Shown: piece after piece, positions 1-7,747 of the stretch | How the letters are laid out: the number at the start of each line of letters is the position of its first letter | Numbering within the stretch: the first letter of the stretch is position 1 | From: an uncultured Weeksellaceae bacterium | Lineage (GTDB): Bacteria; Bacteroidota; Bacteroidia; Flavobacteriales_D; UBA2798 | Direction of reading: 5' to 3' | Assembly: GCA_964460845.1 (NCBI GenBank) | Contig: CAYWRZ010000007.1 | Coordinates: 8,024 to 72,023 of the forward strand | DNA length: 64,000 nt | The notes under the pieces: model-generated | What the model saw: the letters and a program-made list of their open reading frames with translations, nothing else | Told to the model about the DNA's origin: nothing | Database searches by the model: none | Program-made: the position numbers and the translations under genes

Positions 1-2699
1 GAGTATTGAGCAATCGCTACAGCCGTTTTTACCGTCTTTCGGGGCTCGATGCCGGCTATGCGGGGCACGCCATTTGGAATTACGTGGCCGAGGTATATGG
101 AGAAAATCGCATTCCGAATATTCTTTACATGACCCGAATGTCGCGTAGCATTGAGAATGGATTTCTTATCGTGCTGGGTGTTTCGCTGCGCAAAATTTCG
201 GACGATTACATCGAATATTACCGTATGAAATTTCTCGAAGATGAGAAAATTCAGGATGCGCCCGTCACGGATCATTTTCCGATAAAGAACAAAAAAAACA
301 CGGTTTATTATCAGTATAAGCTGAGTCCCGACAACCGTTATGCGGCATTTGTGAGCAATCAGATGGGGCAGTACAAAATCTGGTTGTACGATGTAAGCAC
401 CAAAAAGCACAAACGGCTGCTGAAAGGAGAGCATAAGCTGAACCGGCTTAACGATTACACGTATCCTGTGTTGGGCTGGCATCCCGGGGGGCGCAGCTTG
501 AGCTATGTGCTGGAGAAAAAAGGAGAAACCTACCTCTGCATTTACGATGTCGAAACCGGAAAAACCAGTGAAAGGCCGCTTCCCCGTCTCGATAAGGTGC
601 TCAGCTTTGATTATTCGGACGATGGAAAAACGCTTGTTTTTTCGGCCGTGGCTTTGGGGCAAACCGACCTTTACCTTTTCCGTCCGCTCGGCGGAGCCCT
701 TGATCAGCTTACCGACGATATTTACGACGATCTGCATCCGCGCTTTGTGGACGGATCCACCGGGGTGATATTCGCCTCCAATCGTCCGACCGACACGCTT
801 CACCGCAAGACTCCCGAGGTAAGGCCCATTTCCAACAAAAAAGATATTTTCATCATGGAGCTCAATTCGAGGTCGCGGGTGCTGAAGCGCATTACCGAGA
901 CCCCGCACGCCGACGAGCTTTATCCGGCGCAGCTTGACTCGACCAGCTACACCTTTCTGAGCGACGAGAACGGTATTTACAACCGCTACCGCGCTTCGTA
1001 CGACAGCACGATTAACTTCGTCGATACGATCGTGCATTACCGTTATTTTACCCGTACCGCACCGTTGAGCAATTACAACCGAAATGTGCTCGAATACAAT
1101 GTGAATTCCAAAAAAGGCACGTATAGCTACCTGATGTTGCAGGAGGGAACGTATCGTTTTTACAAAGGCTATGTGAAAGACGATAATTATGCCTTGGGAC
1201 TGATTCCTGATACGCGTTACCGTATGCAGCAACGTATGGCGGCCTTACGTGCACAACAACCTCTCAGGAAAGATTCGGTGCGGGTGCAGGCTACCCCCGT
1301 TATTTCGCCACCGTCTAGGGATACCACCCAGCGCGAAGGCATTATTGACATCAACAATTACCAGTTTAACGACGAACGCCCGGTGTACGAAAAAGAAACT
1401 GTGGTGTTCAGCGAAGAGTCTCCGCCCAAAAAGAAACCTGGTGATACTACTCGTGTGAGTAGCACTGCGAAAAGCGATCCCGGCTCGTTTACCGTAGCGC
1501 CTCAGGCCCTGTATAAGCTCAATTTCGCTACCGACGAGGTGGTTACTCAGCTCGACAACACCTACCTGAGTCAAACGTATCAGCGTTATACACCGGGGGC
1601 GGCGTATTTTAACCCCGGTATTAATTTCCTGTTCAAGCTGGGCATTACGGATGTGTTCGAAGATTACCGGGTGGTAGGCGGATTCCGTTTTGCCGGTAAT
1701 TTCGGCAGTAACGAGTTTATGCTTTCGCTGTACGATCTTTCTAAACGCACCGACAAGCAATATTCCTTTTACCGGCAGGCTTTTAATGCCTATAACCGCG
1801 ATATGGGGGTGACCAAAACCTTTATTCACGAGTTTAAAACCACCCTGCGTTATCCCTTCAGTGAAGTGCTGAGCCTGAGAGGAACGCTTTCGTACCGCAA
1901 CGACAAGGTGGTGACGCTGGCTACCGATTTTCGCAACTTAGAAGTGCCCAACCGCATTTACCACATGGCCGGAAGCAAGGCCGAGCTGGTGTTCGACAAT
2001 ACCATTCCGCGCGGACTCAATCTTTTTAACGGTATGCGGGCCAAAGTGTGGGGCGAATATTACCGCGAATTTATTACCGAGCAGTCTAACTTCATCGTGA
2101 CCGGTTTTGACGTGCGGCATTACCAAAAAATTCACCGCGATCTGATATGGGCCAATCGTTTGGCAGGAAGTGCTTCGCTGGGATCCAAGCGTTTGGTGTA
2201 TTTCCTGGGCGGGGTCGATAACTGGATTGCGCCGCGTTTTGATCCGGCAATACAGGTGGCTACCGATCAGAATTATGCGTATCAGGCATTGGCTACACCT
2301 GTAAGAGGCTTTTTACAGAATGCGCGCAACGGCAGCAACTTCATGGCCTTCAACTCGGAGCTGCGTTTCCCGATCTTTAAGTATTTTGCCGAGCGTCCTA
2401 TCAAATCTGATTTTGTCGAAAATTTCCAGCTAATGGGCTTTTTCGATGCCGGTACTGCCTGGACAGGCTGGAATCCTTACGATGCGAGCAACTCGTTTAA
2501 TACAACCGTCGTATCGAGTCCGGGGAGTCCGCTTTACATCACTCTCGAAAACCAGCGTGAACCTATTGTGTACGGCTATGGCTGGGGCGTAAGAAGCCGG
2601 ATACTCGGTTACTTTATTCGTTTTGACTGGGCCTGGGGGGTAGATGACGGAGTGCGCTACAAATCTGTCAAATACCTGTCACTTTCGCTCGATTTTTAA
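1..2699 (+). CDS. PD40/TolB-like beta-propeller protein fused to a C-terminal outer-membrane beta-barrel (Omp85/surface-antigen-like); 5' end cut by window edge
   Basis: The frame of ORF 6..2699 stays open to the window edge (the track start is only a TTG). TolB/PD40-type repeats are present (YAAFVSNQMGQYKIWLYD, DGKTLVFSAVALGQTDLYLF). The C-terminal third has a beta-strand-like aromatic pattern and ends ...LSLSLDF, with the terminal Phe typical of OM barrels. Confidence 0.6.
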   Translation, partial: VLSNRYSRFYRLSGLDAGYAGHAIWNYVAEVYGENRIPNILYMTRMSRSIENGFLIVLGVSLRKISDDYIEYYRMKFLEDEKIQDAPVTDHFPIKNKKNTVYYQYKLSPDNRYAAFVSNQMGQYKIWLYDVSTKKHKRLLKGEHKLNRLNDYTYPVLGWHPGGRSLSYVLEKKGETYLCIYDVETGKTSERPLPRLDKVLSFDYSDDGKTLVFSAVALGQTDLYLFRPLGGALDQLTDDIYDDLHPRFVDGSTGVIFASNRPTDTLHRKTPEVRPISNKKDIFIMELNSRSRVLKRITETPHADELYPAQLDSTSYTFLSDENGIYNRYRASYDSTINFVDTIVHYRYFTRTAPLSNYNRNVLEYNVNSKKGTYSYLMLQEGTYRFYKGYVKDDNYALGLIPDTRYRMQQRMAALRAQQPLRKDSVRVQATPVISPPSRDTTQREGIIDINNYQFNDERPVYEKETVVFSEESPPKKKPGDTTRVSSTAKSDPGSFTVAPQALYKLNFATDEVVTQLDNTYLSQTYQRYTPGAAYFNPGINFLFKLGITDVFEDYRVVGGFRFAGNFGSNEFMLSLYDLSKRTDKQYSFYRQAFNAYNRDMGVTKTFIHEFKTTLRYPFSEVLSLRGTLSYRNDKVVTLATDFRNLEVPNRIYHMAGSKAELVFDNTIPRGLNLFNGMRAKVWGEYYREFITEQSNFIVTGFDVRHYQKIHRDLIWANRLAGSASLGSKRLVYFLGGVDNWIAPRFDPAIQVATDQNYAYQALATPVRGFLQNARNGSNFMAFNSELRFPIFKYFAERPIKSDFVENFQLMGFFDAGTAWTGWNPYDASNSFNTTVVSSPGSPLYITLENQREPIVYGYGWGVRSRILGYFIRFDWAWGVDDGVRYKSVKYLSLSLDF

Positions 2700-2729
2700 G
2701 TCCGGTTTTTCGGAATAAACACCTGAACA

Positions 2730-3923
2730 GTGATTTCTCCCACCTCTATACAGCAATTAGCCCGCCGTTTTTTCCCCGAAGTGCAAGCGATACGGCGTCA
2801 CCTGCATGCCCATCCCGAGCTTTCTTTCGAAGAGCATCATACCGCGTCTTATATTTCAACGCAGCTTACGCAGCATGGTATTTCGCATCGTGGTGAAATA
2901 GCCGGAACGGGTATCGTGGCAGAGATAGAAGGGCGTAACCCTTCGAGTCGATTGATTGCACTGCGTGCCGATATGGATGCGCTGCCTATTCTCGAAAAAA
3001 ACAGTGTGGAATACCGTTCGCGTAACCCGGGCATTATGCACGCCTGCGGTCACGATGCGCATACGGCTTGTGCGTTGGGAGCGGCCTTTATTTTACAGCA
3101 AACGAAAGCACAGTGGGAAGGAACCGTGCGACTTATTTTCCAACCGGGCGAAGAAAAATTACCCGGAGGTGCTTCGCTGATGATTGAAGAAGGTGTGCTA
3201 CGTGATCCCACACCTGCACATATTCTCGGGCAGCATGTGTTTCCGGAGCTGGAAAGCGGAAAAGTGGGCTTCAGAAGTGGAATGTACATGGCATCGACCG
3301 ACGAGCTGTACCTTACCGTAAAAGGGAAAGGCGGACATGCAGCCTTACCGGCGCAATATAATAACCCGTTGCTTATCGCTTCGGCTATCGTATTGCGTTT
3401 GCAGCAACTGTTTATGGACCCGCAGCAGCGTGAAATACCCGAAGACGTTCCGACCGTGCTGGCTTTTGGGAAAATTGAAGGCCGGGGTGCCACGAATGTG
3501 ATTCCTTCAGAAGTGTATTTAGAAGGCACATTTCGTACTATGCACGAAGACTGGCGTAAAGAAGCGCATGCACGTATTGCCCGTATAGCGCAGGAAACAG
3601 CGGCCTTGTACGGTGGCGAAGCGGTATTGCGTGTCGAAAAAGGATATCCTTTTCTGGTTAACGACCCGCAGGTTACCGCAGTCATGCGGGCGGCAGCCGA
3701 AACCTACCTTGGTCCCGAAAACGTGGTCGATCTTGAGCTACGAATGACGGCCGAAGATTTTGCCTGGTACTCGCAGGTAATACCAGCTTGCTTTTACCGT
3801 TTGGGAACCGGTAACAAGGCCAAAGGCATCGTTTCGCCCGTGCATACCGCTACGTTCGATATAGATGAGCAGTCGCTCGAAACGGGCATGGGGCTTATGG
3901 CCTGGCTGGCGATCAAGCAATAA
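2730..3923 (+). CDS. M20/M20D family amidohydrolase (N-acyl-amino-acid amidohydrolase type)
   Basis: 397-aa ORF with a GTG start. Family-typical blocks RRHLHAHPELSFEE, MHACGHDAH and FQPGEE. Confidence 0.85.
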   Translation: MISPTSIQQLARRFFPEVQAIRRHLHAHPELSFEEHHTASYISTQLTQHGISHRGEIAGTGIVAEIEGRNPSSRLIALRADMDALPILEKNSVEYRSRNPGIMHACGHDAHTACALGAAFILQQTKAQWEGTVRLIFQPGEEKLPGGASLMIEEGVLRDPTPAHILGQHVFPELESGKVGFRSGMYMASTDELYLTVKGKGGHAALPAQYNNPLLIASAIVLRLQQLFMDPQQREIPEDVPTVLAFGKIEGRGATNVIPSEVYLEGTFRTMHEDWRKEAHARIARIAQETAALYGGEAVLRVEKGYPFLVNDPQVTAVMRAAAETYLGPENVVDLELRMTAEDFAWYSQVIPACFYRLGTGNKAKGIVSPVHTATFDIDEQSLETGMGLMAWLAIKQ

Positions 3924-3951
3924 TCGGATTTCCTTCTTCTGTTTTCTACCT

Positions 3952-5259
3952 TTATTTCTTCCGGAAAAAAATACGAATGGGTACGCCTTCGAAATCGAAA
4001 TGCTCGCGTAGCTTATTTTCGATAAAACGACGGTAGGGTTCCTTCACGTATTGCGGCAAGTTGCAGAAAAAGGCAAAACAGGGGTAGTGCATCGGCAATT
4101 GGGTCACGTATTTCACCTTAATGTACTTGCCCTTATTAGAAGGAGGGGGTGTTTGCTCAATAATAGGAAGCATCAGGTCGTTGAGCTTCGAGGTCGAAAT
4201 TTTCTTCGTGCGGTTTTCGTGCACCCGCATGGCTTCTTCGATGGCTTTGTGCAAACGTTGCTTCGTGATGGCCGAGGTAAAAAGGATGGGCACATCATTG
4301 AAGGGAGCCAGCATTTCGCGTAGCTTTTCCTCGTATTGCTTGAGGGTATGCGTGTCTTTCGCAATAAGATCCCATTTGTTGACCAGCACTACCACGCCTT
4401 TTTTGTTTTTCTCGATCACGTAGTAAATGTGCAGATCCTGTTTTTGCAGTCCTTCGGTAGCATCGATCATAAACAGGCACACGTCCGAATTTTCGATGGT
4501 ACGGATAGAGCGCAATACCGAATAAAATTCGATGTCTTCCTGCACCTTGGCTTTTTTGCGGATACCGGCCGTATCGATCAGCATAAAGTTGAAGCCGAAA
4601 GCATTGTAATGCGTATGTACCGAATCGCGTGTGGTGCCCGAGATAGGGGTAACGATATGACGTTCTTCGCCCATTAGCGCATTGAGCAGCGAAGATTTGC
4701 CCACGTTGGGTTTACCTACGATAGCGATACGTGGAATTGGGGAAACTTCTTCTTCTTCGGTCGGGTCGCCGAAACCGGCGGTGACGAGGTCGAGAATATC
4801 GCCGGTACCGGAGCCGTTGATGGCCGATACGTGGTGTACCTCTCCTAACCCGAGCGCATAAAATTCGGCGGCGTAAAGTTGGCGTTCGCCCGTATCTACT
4901 TTGTTGGCCAGCAGATAGACCGGTTTTTTGTTGCGGCGCAGCAGGTGGGCTACTTCCTTATCCATGTCGGTTACACCGCTCATGGCATCGACCATAAACA
5001 GAATCACGTTGGCCTCGTCGATAGCCAGCGCTACTTGCTTGCGTATTTCTTCTTCAAAAATATCGTCGGAACCGTGGATATAGCCTCCGGTATCGATGAC
5101 CGAAAACTCGTGTCCGTTCCACGACGATTTGCCGTAGTGCCGATCGCGGGTTACGCCTTCGGTAGGATCGACAATGGCGTCGCGGCTTTCGGTAAGCCGG
5201 TTAAACAGGGTGGACTTCCCGACATTGGGTCGTCCGACAATAGCTACAATGTTTCCCAT
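3952..5259 (-). CDS. der: Ribosome-biogenesis GTPase Der (EngA)
   Basis: Two tandem G domains ([14 protein letters not shown]...DTGG...NKVD and [14 protein letters not shown]...DTAG...NKWD) plus a C-terminal KH-like domain; 435 aa. Confidence 0.95.
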   Translation of the reverse strand: MGNIVAIVGRPNVGKSTLFNRLTESRDAIVDPTEGVTRDRHYGKSSWNGHEFSVIDTGGYIHGSDDIFEEEIRKQVALAIDEANVILFMVDAMSGVTDMDKEVAHLLRRNKKPVYLLANKVDTGERQLYAAEFYALGLGEVHHVSAINGSGTGDILDLVTAGFGDPTEEEEVSPIPRIAIVGKPNVGKSSLLNALMGEERHIVTPISGTTRDSVHTHYNAFGFNFMLIDTAGIRKKAKVQEDIEFYSVLRSIRTIENSDVCLFMIDATEGLQKQDLHIYYVIEKNKKGVVVLVNKWDLIAKDTHTLKQYEEKLREMLAPFNDVPILFTSAITKQRLHKAIEEAMRVHENRTKKISTSKLNDLMLPIIEQTPPPSNKGKYIKVKYVTQLPMHYPCFAFFCNLPQYVKEPYRRFIENKLREHFDFEGVPIRIFFRKK

Positions 5260-5275
5260 AGGGATTAGAGGGTGT

Positions 5276-6160
5276 TCAGTGATTAAAATATCCGAAATTT
5301 TTCAGCATGCGATCGTTGTTGCGCCAGTCTTTCTCAACTTTTACAAACATTTCGAGGAACACTTTTTTGCCGAGCATTTCTTCGATGTCTTTGCGTGCGG
5401 CGATGCCCACGCTTTTTAGTTTTTGGCCTTTATGACCGATAAGGATGCCTTTTTGCGTGTCGCGCGCTACGTAGATAAGCACCGAAATCCGCACCAGGTT
5501 TTCTTCTTCTTTAAAGCTTTCGACCACCACTTCGCAGGAGTATGGAATTTCTTTATCGTAGCGGGTCAGAATTTTTTCGCGGATAATTTCCGACACGAAA
5601 AAGCGCATGGGCTTGTCGGTGTACTCGTCTTTCGGAAAGTAGGGCGGACTTTCGGGAAGCAGTTCGATGATTTTCTCCAGCAGCACATCGAGGTTGTACT
5701 GGTGTAGGGCCGAGATACCGGCTACCAGTCCGTTGGGGATTTTTTCCTTCCAGTAATCGAGGCGTTCGGTGACGCGTTCGGGGGTGGCGAGATCGACCTT
5801 ATTGACCAGCACGAACACAGGTACTTTTTGTGCATTCAGCTTTTCGATAAGTTCGGGCACCTGCGGATTTTCTTCAAAAATATCGGTGACAAACAAGAAA
5901 ATATCGGCATCTTTCAGGGCCGTGTGTACGAAGCCCATCATCGTTTCCTGCATCTTATAGGAAGGGCGGAGCATACCGGGTGTATCGGAATAGACGATCT
6001 GGAAATCGTCGCCACTGACGATTCCCATGATGCGGTGGCGGGTGGTTTGGGCTTTGGAGGTGATGATAGACACCTTTTCGCCCACCAGTGAGTTCATCAG
6101 CGTGGACTTGCCTACGTTGGGACTTCCGATGATGTTGACGAACCCTGCTTTGTGTGACAT
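5276..6160 (-). CDS. era: GTPase Era
   Basis: [23 protein letters not shown] (G1), DTPG (G3), NKVD (G4) and a KH-type C-terminus. Start set at the ATG ending at 6160, because the longer track ORF (to 6337) runs antisense through a tRNA gene. Confidence 0.93.
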   Translation of the reverse strand: MSHKAGFVNIIGSPNVGKSTLMNSLVGEKVSIITSKAQTTRHRIMGIVSGDDFQIVYSDTPGMLRPSYKMQETMMGFVHTALKDADIFLFVTDIFEENPQVPELIEKLNAQKVPVFVLVNKVDLATPERVTERLDYWKEKIPNGLVAGISALHQYNLDVLLEKIIELLPESPPYFPKDEYTDKPMRFFVSEIIREKILTRYDKEIPYSCEVVVESFKEEENLVRISVLIYVARDTQKGILIGHKGQKLKSVGIAARKDIEEMLGKKVFLEMFVKVEKDWRNNDRMLKNFGYFNH

Positions 6161-6195
6161 TGAATAATTTTTTTGCAAAGGTATGAAACTATGCC

Positions 6196-6203
6196 TATAT
6201 TTG
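6196..6203 (+). promoter_or_regulatory. Bacteroidota-type -7 promoter box (TAnnTTTG) for tRNA-fMet
   Basis: TATATTTG lies 12 nt upstream of the first tRNA nucleotide and matches the TAnnTTTG consensus known for Bacteroidota sigma-A promoters. Confidence 0.45.
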
Positions 6204-6214
6204 CAGTCTAATAG

Positions 6215-6287
6215 TGCGGGGTGGAGCAGTTGGTAGCTCGTCGGGCTCATAACCCGAAGGCCACAGGTTCGAGTCCTGTCCCCGCTA
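6215..6287 (+). tRNA. tRNA-Met, initiator type (anticodon CAT)
   Basis: Hand-folded 73-nt cloverleaf. Acceptor TGCGGGG/CCCCGCT, D stem GAGC/GCTC, anticodon stem TCGGG/CCCGA with loop CTCATAA, and T arm ACAGG-TTCGAGT-CCTGT. The three G:C pairs closing the anticodon stem and an unpaired 1:72 position are initiator hallmarks. CCA is not encoded. Confidence 0.85.
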
Positions 6288-6298
6288 CCTAAGGAGAA

Positions 6299-6322
6299 AA
6301 CCCTGCTTAACGCGGGGTTTTT
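6299..6322 (+). terminator. Rho-independent terminator after tRNA-fMet
   Basis: 8-bp stem AACCCTGC / GCGGGGTT (one G:U pair), 5-nt loop, followed by a T-run. Confidence 0.5.
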
Positions 6323-6342
6323 CGCTTTATTGGGCATATTTT

Positions 6343-6414
6343 GGCTCCGTAGTTTAATGGATAGAACGAAAGTTTCCGGAACTTTTGGTGGGGGTTCGAT
6401 TCCCTCCGGGGCTA
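6343..6414 (+). tRNA. tRNA-Arg (anticodon CCG)
   Basis: Hand-folded 72-nt cloverleaf. Acceptor GGCTCCG/CGGGGCT (two G:U pairs), D stem GTTT/GAAC, anticodon stem AAAGT/ACTTT with loop TTCCGGA, and T arm GGGGG-TTCGATT-CCCTC. Confidence 0.8.
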
Positions 6415-6423
6415 CATAGACAG

Positions 6424-6471
6424 AGCGAAGAAAGCGCGCGCAGCGTGAGGTTCTTCGCTTTTTTGTTTTTT
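6424..6471 (+). terminator. Rho-independent terminator after tRNA-Arg
   Basis: 9-bp stem AGCGAAGAA / TTCTTCGCT with an 18-nt GC-rich loop, followed by TTTTTTGTTTTTT. Confidence 0.55.
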
Positions 6472-6650
6472 ACACATTGCTTCCCGTTTTATTCTTTGCG
6501 CACCGATAGCTGGTTTTTGTGGGTTATTAAGGAGTGAATCCGCTGTATTTTGGGGAGTAAAACGGGTTTATTCTTCTGAAGGTTTTTTATCTTGTGGCAA
6601 ACCAGTAGTTTTTAGTTTTATTTGGACACAAGCGATTTATATACCGTAAG

Positions 6651-7286
6651 ATGACAGATCCGAAAGGCTGGAAAATTGACACATCAATTCTAATTGATTA
6701 TAAAAAGAGCGGTTGGACAGACGACTATTTCTTAGAAACTGCTGATAGAAAATATGGCATTTACATATACAATATTGAAGAGTCGAGAATGTTGTCTTAT
6801 GCCGGATGTATTGCTATTTATGAGGATAAGGGGAATTCGAAGCCGTTAATAAACTCATCAAAGAATTGGATTTGGTATGACCACGAAAAAACCTTTGATT
6901 ATGCACCACTTTCAGACTGTTTAATTTTTAGAAAACCCGCGTATAAAGAAAACTCAAATCGACCTGACTTTCCATTTTTACTAATTAAGCCGAAAGAGGG
7001 AATCTTTGGATTTATAGAATGGGATGCCACATCAATTTATTTTGGATTTAATGAATTAAGCATACACAAGCTGAAAATAAAGGAAATTCACCCGAAAGAG
7101 ATTGAACTTTTAAAGAGGCCAAAACGAACCAATGAGATTATTGACTTAACAACCATAGATTGGTTCGACATTAAATATTTTGATAAAGGCATAGAGATAT
7201 ATCACGGAGAAAAAAACACAAAGCATAATACCAATTTGCCAGCATCGCGACAGACATGGTGGCAGAAAATTTTTCGTTCTGAATAA
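6651..7286 (+). CDS. Hypothetical protein (211 aa), no recognisable domain
   Basis: Clean ATG-initiated ORF in the AT-rich block. No signal peptide or TM segment, and no motif I recognise. Confidence 0.55.
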   Translation: MTDPKGWKIDTSILIDYKKSGWTDDYFLETADRKYGIYIYNIEESRMLSYAGCIAIYEDKGNSKPLINSSKNWIWYDHEKTFDYAPLSDCLIFRKPAYKENSNRPDFPFLLIKPKEGIFGFIEWDATSIYFGFNELSIHKLKIKEIHPKEIELLKRPKRTNEIIDLTTIDWFDIKYFDKGIEIYHGEKNTKHNTNLPASRQTWWQKIFRSE

Positions 7287-7747
7287 ACACTAGTGATAGT
7301 TGACAGTGAGTTGCCTCGAAATCGTCACCATTCCGCTATAAAGCATTATAGCCAGCTTACGATTACTATCGTATGGAAAAGGTGGAGCTTGTGGGAGAGT
7401 CGGATACTCACGTGAAAACGAAATTTGCCGAAAATTATCAGACAGTTATCCGACAACAGGCGAAGAAACCCAGGATTTCTAATACAAGCAATTTTAAATA
7501 CCGAATTTCCCTTGAAAACCGCAACCAGTTAGAGTCGGAGAGTGGTATTAATCTATAGACTCGGGGTTTTTTGAGGGAAGTGGAAGTACTAGGATTGGAT
7601 GTCGATACGCTGAATAAACTGAAAACGGAGCTATAGACCCTATAAAAGTAATTGTGTCCGAAGTGGAATGTATTTGAAAAATGGATATTTTGTCGGGTGT
7701 AAATAACCCCGAAACAGGATGAGCAAGATGCATAATTCACTCCGCTT

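Noticed and set aside
5276-6337. 353-aa ORF extending era upstream to 6337
   Set aside because: The extra 59 codons run antisense through the tRNA-fMet gene (their translation ...GDRTRTCGLRVMSPTSYQ is the typical tRNA shadow). Era homology begins at MSHKAGF (ATG at 6160).
6322-6343. Separate promoter for tRNA-Arg (CATATTTTGG)
   Set aside because: It does not match TAnnTTTG exactly and abuts the first tRNA nucleotide, so no independent promoter can be supported.
7530-7572. Terminator-like GGGGTTTTTT after the 61-aa ORF
   Set aside because: Only a 5-bp GAGTC/GACTC stem with a 20-nt loop can be drawn, which is too weak to call a terminator. It is mentioned only as context in the spacer finding.
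7553-7638. Direct repeat CTATAGAC (7553-7560 and 7631-7638) in the helicase upstream spacer
   Set aside because: In a 460-nt region about 1.6 repeated 8-mers are expected by chance ((n^2/2)/4^8), and more in AT-rich DNA. Not significant.
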